From contig JAYQIQ010000004.1 in assembly GCA_038141705.1 (NCBI GenBank), positions 120,539-184,538 on the forward strand: a stretch of 64,000 bases of DNA, written 5' to 3'. Of the stretch, positions 45,839 to 55,400 are shown in pieces. Position numbers and translations under genes: made by a program. Positions within the stretch are counted from its first letter, which is position 1. Every line of letters begins with the position of its first letter. The notes under the pieces are model-generated. The model did not search any database. It was given only the letters and a program-made list of their open reading frames with translations, and was not told the DNA's origin. The DNA comes from Candidatus Eutrophomonas brisbanensis (GTDB lineage: Bacteria; Pseudomonadota; Gammaproteobacteria; Burkholderiales; Eutrophovitaceae).

Positions 45839-47053
45839 TCAGGTATTCGAGTTCAATTTCGATTGTGTACCGGATTCTACGACTCGTTCAAAAACGTTTG
45901 CGTCACCAAATCCCCCAGCTTTCGTAATTAAGGTCAATTCACGACCACAGTACTCAAAACTTGAAACCGGAATGCCGGGCATCAAATTTCCGTGCAGGGC
46001 AATTACACTCGCCCCTGCTTCGCGAAGTATAGCGAGCGCGGTATCCCCACCGGTCGCAAACACCGCATCGACTCCAGATGCTCCAACTATTTTTAAAGCT
46101 GACTGAGCTAGCGCACTCGCAACAGCGCTAGAGCCCTTCTCCACCTCACCCTTCGAGGCAGCAAGCACCAGGGCTCGTTCGATAGCTAGATGTACCTCCG
46201 AATAAACCCCATTGGGCGCATAAACAACAGCGCCTGTAAATTTTTTGGAAAACTCGTCGATCTGTAAACTAGCACGCTCTGATCTAGAACCAACCACAAA
46301 CAAGAATCGATCAACCTTCTTCCGACTCCGCTCTACCGTCTGATTCTCACCTAGCAGTCTCGCCAGCTGTGATCCAACCCCAGATGAGCCTACCAAGATA
46401 TTAAGCTTTGGATGTTTAACAAAAAATTCTGCAGCTCTCTGTAAATCCGAATTGTTTTCCGAGTCAAAAATAAACGCCGTGCTTGACCTTGACTTGGGGG
46501 TCACTCCTTCTCCCGCTGGAATCAAAACCACGTGCTCGAAAATTGAATTTTCGAATATTTCCGTTAACAATTGCGACGGGGCTGGACTTAGAGCATCACG
46601 AACAAATTGTGTTTGGCCCAGTGGCACATTATCCACCAACACTTCACCACCTCGAACCGTTCGGCCTTGCTCTGGGAAAGCAGGCGCAAAACAGAGACTC
46701 GAAGCGGAAAAATACGATGCAGCAGCAGCGCTTTCCACCACAACATTCCCACGCATCGTGGAGTCTATTTTTTTAAAAATAAAACTAAAACTTCCAGAAT
46801 CGATTTGTCTGAGGCAGCTTTCCAACCTCGACACAGCGTCTGATGGAGATAGATGACGTGATTCGGTGTTTATCGCGAGAACCTCGGCGTCCTCGATATC
46901 GACCTTATCAGGAAATGCGTCTGGGTCGACGATGGCCTTCACCCGAAAACCGTGGTCACAAAAAGGTCCCGCAGCGTCCAGAGTCCCAGTCAGGTCATCA
47001 GCAATGATCAGGATCCTACGAATACCAGAGGCGATCTCGCTAACCGCCACCAC
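45839..47053 (-). CDS. Four-carbon acid-sugar kinase family protein (DUF1537; DtnK/DenK/OtnK type)
   Basis: 404 aa with the N-terminal [16 protein letters not shown] hallmark. It overlaps the upstream pdxA-family gene by 14 nt. Confidence 0.8.
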   Translation of the reverse strand: MVAVSEIASGIRRILIIADDLTGTLDAAGPFCDHGFRVKAIVDPDAFPDKVDIEDAEVLAINTESRHLSPSDAVSRLESCLRQIDSGSFSFIFKKIDSTMRGNVVVESAAAASYFSASSLCFAPAFPEQGRTVRGGEVLVDNVPLGQTQFVRDALSPAPSQLLTEIFENSIFEHVVLIPAGEGVTPKSRSSTAFIFDSENNSDLQRAAEFFVKHPKLNILVGSSGVGSQLARLLGENQTVERSRKKVDRFLFVVGSRSERASLQIDEFSKKFTGAVVYAPNGVYSEVHLAIERALVLAASKGEVEKGSSAVASALAQSALKIVGASGVDAVFATGGDTALAILREAGASVIALHGNLMPGIPVSSFEYCGRELTLITKAGGFGDANVFERVVESGTQSKLNSNT

Positions 47054-48023
47054 CAGCTACCATTTTTAGCGCATAAGAAATCGCAGCCTTCATATTTGTA
47101 TTGTTTGCTATCCCCTTCCAAGCAATATCAAAGGCCGTCCCATGATCGACTGATGTTCTATAAATCGGCAAACCCAGGCTCACATTCACGGTTTCATCAA
47201 AGGCAATTAACTTGGTCGGGATATGACCTTGATCATGATATTGAGCAACAACCAAATCAAATTCCCCCTTGAGGGCTCGATAAAACACCGTATCACCTGA
47301 AATAGGTCCAACGGCATCGATACCTTCAGCTCTCGCAAGCTCAATCGCCGGGGCAATACGATCTGACTCCTCGGTCCCAAACAAACCGCCCTCTCCACAA
47401 TGTGGGTTTAGACCCGCAACAGCGATACGTGGTTTTGAGACACCAATTTTTTTGAAGTGCTCATTTCCAATTCGGATTGTATCCAAGACACGTTGTGTAC
47501 TTGGGCGCTCAGCTGCGTTTTTGAGTGATGTATGAGTTGTCACATGAATCGCGCTAAGTTTTGGACCAGCCAAGAGCATGAATGAAGACTTGGCACCGGT
47601 TAGATGCGCGAGAAGCTCGGTATGCCCATCATATTTGTGTCCCGCCATGTGCATCGCCGCCTTATTCAAAGGCGCCGTCACTATCACGGATATATCACCA
47701 TCCAAATTCAACTGTACGGCTTTCTCAACATACCGGTAAGCTGCCTCACCACTAGCAGCGGTAACCTGTCCGTCCACAATATCCGACTCGCCAGTAGTTT
47801 CAACATATGCGACTGGCACCACTCCATTTTTTACATCTAGATTTTCCTCGAAGACTAACTTTGCGCCGAGTAAATCATTTGCCCTTTCTAGGCGCGGGAG
47901 ATTTCCGATAACCACTGAATTGCTGCGATCACGCTCAGACATCTCAAGAAGGGTCTTAACGATAATTTCTGGGCCTATCCCTGCAGGATCCCCCATCGTG
48001 ATGCCGATTCGTTTCGATCTCAA
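47040..48023 (-). CDS. pdxA2: PdxA-family NAD-dependent dehydrogenase (PdxA2-type 4-phospho-tetronate dehydrogenase, decarboxylating)
   Basis: 327 aa with [27 protein letters not shown] and [12 protein letters not shown] blocks. It is paired with a DUF1537 kinase. Confidence 0.8.
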   Translation of the reverse strand: MRSKRIGITMGDPAGIGPEIIVKTLLEMSERDRSNSVVIGNLPRLERANDLLGAKLVFEENLDVKNGVVPVAYVETTGESDIVDGQVTAASGEAAYRYVEKAVQLNLDGDISVIVTAPLNKAAMHMAGHKYDGHTELLAHLTGAKSSFMLLAGPKLSAIHVTTHTSLKNAAERPSTQRVLDTIRIGNEHFKKIGVSKPRIAVAGLNPHCGEGGLFGTEESDRIAPAIELARAEGIDAVGPISGDTVFYRALKGEFDLVVAQYHDQGHIPTKLIAFDETVNVSLGLPIYRTSVDHGTAFDIAWKGIANNTNMKAAISYALKMVAGGGG

Positions 48024-48065
48024 CGTATTCTTCCTTTTTTTATTGATGAATTGAGGCGTGAACCA

Positions 48066-48993
48066 TTAAAACGGATTGTTCGCCGCCAGCGCCTCAAGTT
48101 TTTCCGATGAACATGCGATCCGAACCTCAGATCCCCTCGCTAGATCACCTCCGCACTTCTCGATAATCTCGGCAGCTTGCTCTACCAACTGAAGGATTTG
48201 TACGCTCACAACCAAATCTCGCATCTTCAAGCCCCACTCGAATATGACCTCCTTCCGCGATCACTCTTGGAATCAACGGCATGATATCCACATCGAGTCC
48301 GGATGCCATCCAGTTACAGCCCGGAGCCACCTTATCTAGTAAGTTTAAATACGCTGTCAGGCTGAAGTCCTCCGGCGGAAAACCGAAAGTGAATCCAGAG
48401 CTAAACATCAATCGATAGATCGGATCAGGAGTACTCTCCCTCCAATGTAAACTCGCTCCTAATCGAATAAACCCGGGTTCATAAATTGCATAGCTTGGGT
48501 GTATGCCGTACTGCCTTGCTATAGACAACCCATGCCTGACATCTGCTTCATGATTGAGGTAAACGTAACCCGGCCTATCCTCTTTTAGCTGGTCGTAGTG
48601 CGTGATGTTGCATGAGCCTGGGTCCAGAACAGTCCACTCCACGAGACCATCCTTCGCTAGTTCCTCGATGTGCGCATAACGATCGACAGCACTACTGCCC
48701 TCGGCGATTCGATTCATTCCGGGAGCAGGCACGGTCGGATACACAATCGCATCCACTTTAGATCGGATCTCAGTAATAATTTTTTTATAAGTTTCCGCAT
48801 CATCTTTTTGTTGGCCAGTGCTCTCGTCATACGCGTGAATGTGTACGATCGCCGCACCAGCTTTTACACAGTCGATCCCTTGACGCACGATCTCTTCAAC
48901 AGAAACTGGAATACCAGGCTGCTTTGTTCGCGTCCAAGGCCCGTTGAGCCCAACCTCTAACCATGTCTTTTGAGTTACGTCTATCATCATCAA
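48066..48993 (-). pseudogene. Beta-keto acid cleavage enzyme family (BKACE / DUF849); C-terminal frameshift
   Basis: Track ORF 48145..48993 (..AAIVHIHAYDE.., GGHIRVGLEDA) ends in unrelated sequence. The alternative frame reads LQLVEQAAEIIEKCGGDLARGSEVRIACSSEKLEALAANNPF* (stop 48066-48068). The switch is near 48194-48195. Confidence 0.8.
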
Positions 48994-49009
48994 CCTTTAA
49001 TTTACTTAT

Positions 49010-49708
49010 TTACTCAGAACCAACGATATCAACCTGCAGACCAGGAAATCCCTCCACGGTTGCAATAAGCCTATCGCCTGGATTTACTGCTCCAACCCCC
49101 GCTGGGGTCCCCGTAAAAATTAAGTCTCCTGGTTGAAGCGTATAAAAATTAGAGAGAATCGAAATAATCTCGGGTATCGACCAAATCATATCTTTTAGGT
49201 CGCCACGCTGACGGATCTCACCATTCAAGCTCAACGAAATGGCTCCCGCGTTTGGATGCTTTTCACCCGCACGCACCGGTTGAATCGAGCTGATGGGCGC
49301 AGACTGCTCGAAGGACTTGCCAAAATCCCAAGGTCGGCTCAAGCGCTTCGCATCCGCCTGAAGGTCCCGCCTCGTGAGATCGATTCCTACTGCATAACCA
49401 AAAACACATTCGAACGCATCTGCGACTTCGATCGATCGACCACCCTTCCCTAGGGCCACAACCAACTCGACCTCGTGATGCAAATCTTCGGTCGAGGGCG
49501 GATATATAACCCTCCCTCCCTCGGGCACGAGCGAGTCTAGAGACTTCAAAAAGAAAAATGGCGGTTCGCGATCGGGATCGTTGCCCATCTCCCGAGCATG
49601 CTCAGCATAATTACGGCCTACGCAGAATATTCGATGCGCGGGAAATACATCGCGCGACCCAACGACGGGCAGCACGGGTTTTGGAATTTGAGAAAAAACA
49701 AAGTTCAT
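49010..49708 (-). CDS. Fumarylacetoacetate hydrolase (FAH) family protein
   Basis: 232 aa with CVGRNYAEHAREMG, HHEVELVV and GDLIFTGTPAGVG blocks. Confidence 0.85.
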   Translation of the reverse strand: MNFVFSQIPKPVLPVVGSRDVFPAHRIFCVGRNYAEHAREMGNDPDREPPFFFLKSLDSLVPEGGRVIYPPSTEDLHHEVELVVALGKGGRSIEVADAFECVFGYAVGIDLTRRDLQADAKRLSRPWDFGKSFEQSAPISSIQPVRAGEKHPNAGAISLSLNGEIRQRGDLKDMIWSIPEIISILSNFYTLQPGDLIFTGTPAGVGAVNPGDRLIATVEGFPGLQVDIVGSE

Positions 49709-49761
49709 CAGCTATCGGTAACGAATGTGAAATTTATGTGCTGGATTGTGAACTGTAAATC

Positions 49762-49782
49762 AAAAAAGGCGTAATCGCCCTC
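49762..49782 (-). terminator. Weak candidate terminator downstream of the ferredoxin gene
   Basis: On the minus strand the sequence is AGGGCG-ATTA-CGCCTT followed by TTTT. The stem is short, so this is tentative. Confidence 0.3.
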
Positions 49783-49836
49783 CCACTAAAAACGTTGGCA
49801 TTATTGCATACGAGTGGTCGAACCTGACCAAAGAAA

Positions 49837-50166
49837 TTAGTCCAAGCCGAAATTATTTAGTCTTTTGACCCAAACATTACTTTTGGGTACCGCGCGACAT
49901 GTAAGTATGGCGCCGTCGTTACGCTCTTCCGTTGACAAAGCACTCGGGCTATAAACCATGAGATCGACTTCACCCGATAAAAGCTTGCATTTGCATTTTC
50001 CGCAATCGCCGCTCCGGCATTGATAGGCAAGCCGCATCCCGCGCCGCAAAATCGCCGTCAAGATGGTGTCGCCCGGACCCACTTCCACCGACATCACCTG
50101 ATCATCAATTTTTATTTCGTATACCAAAATTTTTTTGTATTGAAGAGTTATGTTCGAAGGTTCCAA
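49837..50166 (-). CDS. Plant-type [2Fe-2S] ferredoxin domain protein
   Basis: 109 aa with a TTG start. It carries C-x4-C-x2-C (CRSGDCGKCKC) plus the distal LTCRAV Cys. Confidence 0.75.
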   Translation of the reverse strand: MEPSNITLQYKKILVYEIKIDDQVMSVEVGPGDTILTAILRRGMRLAYQCRSGDCGKCKCKLLSGEVDLMVYSPSALSTEERNDGAILTCRAVPKSNVWVKRLNNFGLD

Positions 50167-50591
50167 TATAGATCACAAAAAGCACAATATCATGCGTTTT
50201 TTAAGGACCCTAAACTACTATATAAGCAAAATATTAAGCATTGGATTTAATCCTCACTTTATGGGCTCTAAAACTTAGCTTGACTAACCCCTCAGCCACA
50301 TATGAGCCCCTATGCATAACTTATTTTCATGTGCAGGAATAAGGACAACAAAATCGGCCTTAAATTGCAAAAAAAGTATTGCGAAGCACAACAAAAACTT
50401 CACAAAAATTAAGCGTTTTCAATCGCCTTACAAACCTAAATTGCTTGCAAAGCTTTAAGACCCCGTCTAAATTACCACTAGGTGTTCTGAAAGTTAGTAG
50501 ATGGTTCGGTATCTCGAGACCAATTAAGAAGTTTCTAGTATCAAATCTGAAGTAGCTCCGCAGAATTTCCAATATAAGTAGTTAACGGTTT

Positions 50592-50609
50592 ATTTATTCG
50601 CGAATAAAT
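50592..50609. promoter_or_regulatory. Perfect 18-bp palindrome (candidate operator) 31 nt upstream of the PQQ dehydrogenase start
   Basis: ATTTATTCGCGAATAAAT is self-complementary over 18 bp. It lies in the 473-bp divergent intergenic region, and the RBS GGGAGAGAG follows. Confidence 0.3.
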
Positions 50610-50639
50610 CAATTTTGTTTAATTTTTTGGGAGAGAGTT

Positions 50640-52403
50640 ATGACACGTTGGACAAGCGTAGCTGCCGTTAAGGCAATTTCCGCTGTCGCCTTTGTCGGAT
50701 TCGCTTCTCAAGCTATCTCAGCAGATGTTAGCTGGGATCGTTTGTTAAACGCGCACAAAGACGATAACAACTGGATGATGTATCACAAAGACTTCACAGG
50801 TCATCACCACAGTGGTCTTAACCAAATCAACAAGGGCAATGTAAAGAACCTAAAACTTGCATGGCAGCACACACCTGCTTCTAGCAAGCGAGGTATCCAG
50901 TCATTCCCATTAGCTGTTGATGGGGTTGTTTACTACACAAGTTCTTCAGGAGCGATTCACGCTGTTGACGGAACAAACGGTTCGCTCATCTGGAGCCACA
51001 CGGCTAAGATCGACGTTGAGCGTGCTGAAGGAACGTTCTACAACCCATACAACCGTGGTCTTGCAATTGGTCATGGCAACGTTTACATGGGAACAACTGA
51101 CGGTCGCTTAATCGCACTTGATGCGAAGAGCGGTAAGGTTGTATTTGACAACGAAATTATGTCAGTAGCCAAAGGTAACAAGGGCTTCACCGGCGCTCCA
51201 ATGATCGTGAAAGACATGGTTGTTTTAGGTGCAAACGGTGGTGAGCTTTCAGGCTGCTGCGGACCAATCTACGCAGTTGATGCAAAGAAAGGTACCGTTC
51301 GTTGGCAATTTGACACCATTGGTGGCGATCAGCGATCACGTGATTCTTGGGGCAATGACTCCTGGAAAATCGGTGGTGGCGGCGGTTGGATGACTGGGCA
51401 CTATGACGCAAAGCAAAACACCCTATGGTGGGGTACTGCAAACCCAGCTCCTGACTACGACTACATTGGTGAAGACTGGATGAACAACGGTCCACGTCCT
51501 GGCCTTAACCTCTACAGCTCTTCTGTAGTGGTTCTTGATGCAGATTCTGGTGAGCTTTCAGCTTACTTCCAGGAAATGCCTCATGATGCATGGGACTTTG
51601 ACTCAGCCGTTGGTGAGTTCTTAATGGTCGAAGGCGGCGGCAAGCGAAACATGGTTCACCCAAACAAGGGCGGTATCATTTTCGTTTACGATGCTGACTC
51701 TGTTGGCGGCGGTAACGAGCTAGCTGTAAACAACGCCTACATGATTGGCGAGACTTACAACTACATCAAAGGTGTAACAAAAGACGGTCGATTAGTTGGA
51801 CGACGTGAGCTTCCAGAAGGCAAGCACATGGACGTATGTCCTGCAATTGACGGTTCGATTTCTTGGAACACCGGCGCATACAATCCAAAGTCTGGCACAC
51901 ACTTCATGGTCACTCAGGAATTCTGTTTCGACATCGAAGTTGTTAACCCAGAGCGTCCAGATGATTTCTCTGGACAAGCTTACTTCGGCGCTTCATGGAC
52001 CTCAAAAGGACCTAAGCAGAAAGTTGACGGAACTCCAGTTGACGCTGCATACGGTACGCTTCAGGCTCGTGAGCCACTCTCAGGCAAGCTTAAGTGGAGA
52101 GTTGAGTACAAGTACCCAGTACTTGCTTCACTACTCTCAACTGGCGGCGGACTTGTGTTCGTTCCAGGCGCTGACGGCATGTTTGATGCACGTGACGCTG
52201 ACACCGGTAAGCTTCTATGGCAAAACAACAACGGCCTAGGTCACCACGGTGGTGTTATCACCTACATGGCTGGTGGCAAGCAGTACGTTGCTGTTGTTAC
52301 AGGTTGGGGTTCACACGTTTCTGGTAACTTCCCAGGATTGTTTGGTCACCCATTTACCTCTATGCCAACCGACGCTGGTAACTTGATGGTGTTCTCACTC
52401 TAA
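50640..52403 (+). CDS. Periplasmic PQQ-dependent alcohol/methanol dehydrogenase family protein (8-bladed propeller), atypical subtype
   Basis: 587 aa with a signal peptide (..FASQAISA-DV). It aligns by eye to MxaF/XoxF/ExaA along its length (DDNNWMMY, NQINKGNVKNLKLAW, GTANPAP, PHDAWDFD, CPAIDG, KLLWQ). Confidence 0.9.
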   Translation: MTRWTSVAAVKAISAVAFVGFASQAISADVSWDRLLNAHKDDNNWMMYHKDFTGHHHSGLNQINKGNVKNLKLAWQHTPASSKRGIQSFPLAVDGVVYYTSSSGAIHAVDGTNGSLIWSHTAKIDVERAEGTFYNPYNRGLAIGHGNVYMGTTDGRLIALDAKSGKVVFDNEIMSVAKGNKGFTGAPMIVKDMVVLGANGGELSGCCGPIYAVDAKKGTVRWQFDTIGGDQRSRDSWGNDSWKIGGGGGWMTGHYDAKQNTLWWGTANPAPDYDYIGEDWMNNGPRPGLNLYSSSVVVLDADSGELSAYFQEMPHDAWDFDSAVGEFLMVEGGGKRNMVHPNKGGIIFVYDADSVGGGNELAVNNAYMIGETYNYIKGVTKDGRLVGRRELPEGKHMDVCPAIDGSISWNTGAYNPKSGTHFMVTQEFCFDIEVVNPERPDDFSGQAYFGASWTSKGPKQKVDGTPVDAAYGTLQAREPLSGKLKWRVEYKYPVLASLLSTGGGLVFVPGADGMFDARDADTGKLLWQNNNGLGHHGGVITYMAGGKQYVAVVTGWGSHVSGNFPGLFGHPFTSMPTDAGNLMVFSL

Positions 52404-52443
52404 TTAGTGAAGCATTAACCATCGGTTAGTTGGTTAGTAAGTT

Positions 52444-52476
52444 AATTGGGCGGGATTTTCCCGCCCAATTTTTTTG
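52444..52476 (+). terminator. Rho-independent terminator after the PQQ dehydrogenase gene
   Basis: AATTGGGCGGG-ATTTT-CCCGCCCAATT followed by TTTTT. Confidence 0.7.
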
Positions 52477-52557
52477 TCTTCACTTATAATTAAAAAACTT
52501 TGACAGCACGAATAACTCAGAAGAAGTTACAAGCACCAGAAAGGGCAGGAGAATCAG

Positions 52558-52944
52558 ATGTATTTGTTTAGTTCACCAGCGAAGTTTACTCTTGGCTTTA
52601 CTACCACCATGTTTATCGCTTGCCTGGGCTTGTCCATCGCACATGCCGAAGAAGATGTAACAGAGATCGCAGCAGCGGAAATCAATGCCAAGTATCAGTC
52701 ACACAAAGAGAATTTTTCTGTGAAGCGATTATTCGCTTCCAGGTGCAGTTGGTGCCATCAGGGGTATGGACTCAAAGAGGCGGATGGACCAAGACTTTCG
52801 GGAATTGAAAAAACTAAGGAGCAAGTCGTCGAACAAATTATGTACGGTAAAAGCCCAATGCCTGGCTTTAGAAAGCAATTAAAAGAATGGCAGATAGAGG
52901 CACTTGCGGATTACATTAAAGCCCTACCGGATGTAGAGCTTTAA
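52558..52944 (+). CDS. Monoheme class I c-type cytochrome (candidate electron acceptor of the PQQ dehydrogenase, ExaB/XoxG-like role)
   Basis: 128 aa with a signal or anchor sequence, the heme motif CSWCH and a probable Met ligand in GKSPMPGF. Confidence 0.8.
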   Translation: MYLFSSPAKFTLGFTTTMFIACLGLSIAHAEEDVTEIAAAEINAKYQSHKENFSVKRLFASRCSWCHQGYGLKEADGPRLSGIEKTKEQVVEQIMYGKSPMPGFRKQLKEWQIEALADYIKALPDVEL

Positions 52945-52963
52945 ACGATAAATACGTTAGTTG

Positions 52964-52988
52964 AAAACGGCCCGAGTGGCCGTTTTTT
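52964..52988. terminator. Bidirectional rho-independent terminator
   Basis: AAAACGGCC-CGAGT-GGCCGTTTTTT between convergent genes. Confidence 0.7.
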
Positions 52989-53361
52989 ATTTCCGACTTA
53001 ATCGATATTTAATATCATCTCCGCCGTAGACGGCCTCGCCTTTAAGCCTTCCATCACCGATCAAAAACGCAAAACTCGAAAACTCATCCCCTACCTTACC
53101 CGTTGCGCTGAAATTGATCCGATTGCCGATTAATTTCAAGTACTCAAGCGGCATTTCGCTGTCACCAAATTTATCCAAATTTGTAAGACGCAAAGAACCT
53201 TGACCATCAGACCGGATGCTCAACCGAGCGGCGCCACTAGAGCCGCCGAGATACCAAGAGCCTTCCCAATCCCCGACGTACTTCGCAGGAACGTCAATTG
53301 CAAATGCATGAAATGCCAACAACAAACATACACTCATCAAAAATTTTTTAAAAAGTTTCAC
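52987..53361 (-). CDS. Hypothetical periplasmic protein
   Basis: 124 aa with a signal peptide (MKLFKKFLMSVCLLLAFHAFA). No recognisable family. Confidence 0.4.
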   Translation of the reverse strand: MKLFKKFLMSVCLLLAFHAFAIDVPAKYVGDWEGSWYLGGSSGAARLSIRSDGQGSLRLTNLDKFGDSEMPLEYLKLIGNRINFSATGKVGDEFSSFAFLIGDGRLKGEAVYGGDDIKYRLSRK

Positions 53362-53482
53362 CGCCTCAAACCCCGACCGTTTACAAAAAATATAGAGCTC
53401 ATGTTAATGCTTTTAAGAAATAAGAACACGATGGCACCTCGAACTCTATAATGGAGCTAATGAAAAAGTGCCTAGTTTCCTT

Positions 53483-54025
53483 ATGAGCTACTGCAAAAAG
53501 TGTGGACAGACAACGCAAGAAAGCATACCCGAGGGGGATCATTTACCTCGTGCGGTATGTAGCTCTTGTGGCTATATCCACTACGAAAATCCAAAACTCA
53601 TCGTAGGCTGTATCCCCGAGTGGGAAAACAAAATCCTACTCTGTAAACGGGCGATTGAGCCTCGCTTTGGTTTATGGACACTCCCGGCGGGGTTCATGGA
53701 AAACTGCGAGACCACAGCTGCAGGCGCGGCGCGTGAAACGCTTGAGGAGGCAAATGCGCATGTTCGCGACTTGGAAGCATTTACGCTTTATGACATCCCA
53801 CATATCAGCCAGGTCTACTTAATGTTTCGCGCAAAGTTAACCAAACCCGAATATTCCGTTAGCCCTGAGAGTTCAGAGGTTCAACTATTCGATGAGAACA
53901 ATATTCCGTGGGATGAGATCGCGTTCGCAGCGATCAAAAAAACATTACGCCAGTACTTTGAGGATCGCACAAAAGGTAAGTTTAGTTTTCACGTGGGAAC
54001 CATCGAGGCTCCCGCGCGAAAATAA
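53483..54025 (+). CDS. NUDIX hydrolase with N-terminal zinc ribbon
   Basis: It has CKKCG...CSSCG and the Nudix box GFMENCETTAAGAARETLEEANA. The start could be ATG 53483 or GTG 53468. Confidence 0.8.
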   Translation: MSYCKKCGQTTQESIPEGDHLPRAVCSSCGYIHYENPKLIVGCIPEWENKILLCKRAIEPRFGLWTLPAGFMENCETTAAGAARETLEEANAHVRDLEAFTLYDIPHISQVYLMFRAKLTKPEYSVSPESSEVQLFDENNIPWDEIAFAAIKKTLRQYFEDRTKGKFSFHVGTIEAPARK

Positions 54026-54039
54026 CAATCAAAACGAAC

Positions 54040-55241
54040 TTACCAACCCGCTTCTTTCTCTGGCGAACTAGATACCTTATGGATTGCCAGGTCGGCCCCA
54101 ATAAACTCGTCCTCTTCGCTCATACGAATACCCACCATGCTCTTTAAGACACCATATACAATCGCCCCGCCTACGAGCGCCACGATAATTCCAGCGATCG
54201 TTCCAACCAACTGCGACATGAAGGAGACTCCACCTACACCTCCGAGCGACTCAAGACCGAAAATTCCAGCTGCAATCCCACCCCAAGCACCACACAAACC
54301 ATGCAGAGGCCATACACCCAAGACGTCGTCGATTTTCCAGCGATTCTGCGTGACAGTGAACATGTAGACAAAAAGACCACCAGCGATCGCCCCAGTGACT
54401 AAAGCCCCAAGCGGATGCATGATGTCTGATCCCGCGCAGACCGCAACCAAACCAGCAAGAGGGCCGTTGTGAACGAATCCAGGATCGTTACGGCCCACAA
54501 CTAAAGCGGCTAAGGTACCACCAATCATCGCCATTAAGGAATTCAGAGCAACAAGCCCGCTAATAGCTTCGATCGTTTGCGCCGACATCACGTTAAAACC
54601 AAACCAGCCAACTGTCAGCATCCAAGCACCGAGCGCTAGAAACGGAATACTGGATGGCGGATGCGAAGCGATTCCCCTTCCTTTCGGTAACGCCCTTTAC
54701 GAGCGCCAAGCAACATTACTGCCGATAAAGCAATCCAGCCGCCAACCCCATGAACAACAACCGATCCTGCAAAGTCTCGCATCGGCGAACCGAAAATTGC
54801 CTCAAGCCATTCCTGAAAACCAAAGTTTCCGTTCCAGATCATTCCCTCGAAAAATGGGTAAAGAACGCCCACAATAATGGCGCTCGCAAATAGCTGGGGA
54901 TAAAATTTGGCGCGCTCTGCTATACCACCCGAGATAATTGCCGGAATCGCTGCAGCGAACGTTAACAAGAAGAAAAACTTAACGAGACCGTACCCACCGT
55001 TCTCGGCAAGCACATTCGCACCCACCATAAATCCCGTTCCGTAAGCAACAATGTATCCAACAAAGAAATATGCAATAGTTGAAATAGAAAAATCACAAAG
55101 GATTTTAACGAGGGCGTTCACCTGGTTCTTCTTACGAACCGTTCCCACTTCAAGGAAGGCGAAACCTCCGTGCATCGCGAGCACCATGATCGCGCCGAGT
55201 AAAATAAATAGAACGTCAGACGACGAATTTACCGCATCCAT
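54040..55241 (-). pseudogene. amtB: Ammonium transporter (Amt family); frameshifted mid-gene
   Basis: ORF 54636..55241 is the N-terminal half and ORF 54040..54621 is the C-terminal half (..TVGWFGFN..). The alternative frame reads GIASHPPSSIPFLALGAWMLTVGWFGFN. The frames join if the C4 run at 54674-54677 were C5. Confidence 0.9.
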
Positions 55242-55316
55242 AAGATCCCCTTTAATTTTCTGTCACGTGCGTGACTGATTTTTCGTAAATAATAATTGAT
55301 TATTACTTTATATATA

Positions 55317-55332
55317 AGCAAAAATCGTTCCT
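55317..55332 (-). promoter_or_regulatory. Candidate sigma54 (-24/-12) promoter for amtB
   Basis: The minus strand reads AGGAACG-ATTT-TTGCT, against the consensus TGGCACG-N4-TTGCW. The GG and GC are correctly spaced, and the site is about 75 nt upstream of the amtB ATG. Confidence 0.45.
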
Positions 55333-55383
55333 AATAAATGCTATTGATTTTATTGGTATTTTTTTTATTATTTTAAATTTATT

Positions 55384-55400
55384 AGCACCAACTCGGTGCA
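55384..55400. promoter_or_regulatory. Candidate NtrC-binding enhancer site
   Basis: AGCACCAACTCGGTGCA matches 14 of 17 positions of the NtrC consensus TGCACCAWWWTGGTGCA, with an intact GCACC-N5-GGTGC dyad. It lies about 55 bp upstream of the candidate -24 element. Confidence 0.5.

Noticed and set aside
50360-50572. A 70-aa ORF inside the large divergent intergenic region.
   Set aside because: It has no RBS, an odd composition and no motifs. Its position is more consistent with promoter or UTR sequence.
50161-50577. The 10-mer TTCCAATATA occurs twice (50161-50170 and 50568-50577), flanking the divergent intergenic region.
   Set aside because: It is short and AT-rich, and the first copy lies in the ferredoxin start region. 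Chance recurrence is plausible, and there is no extended repeat around either copy.
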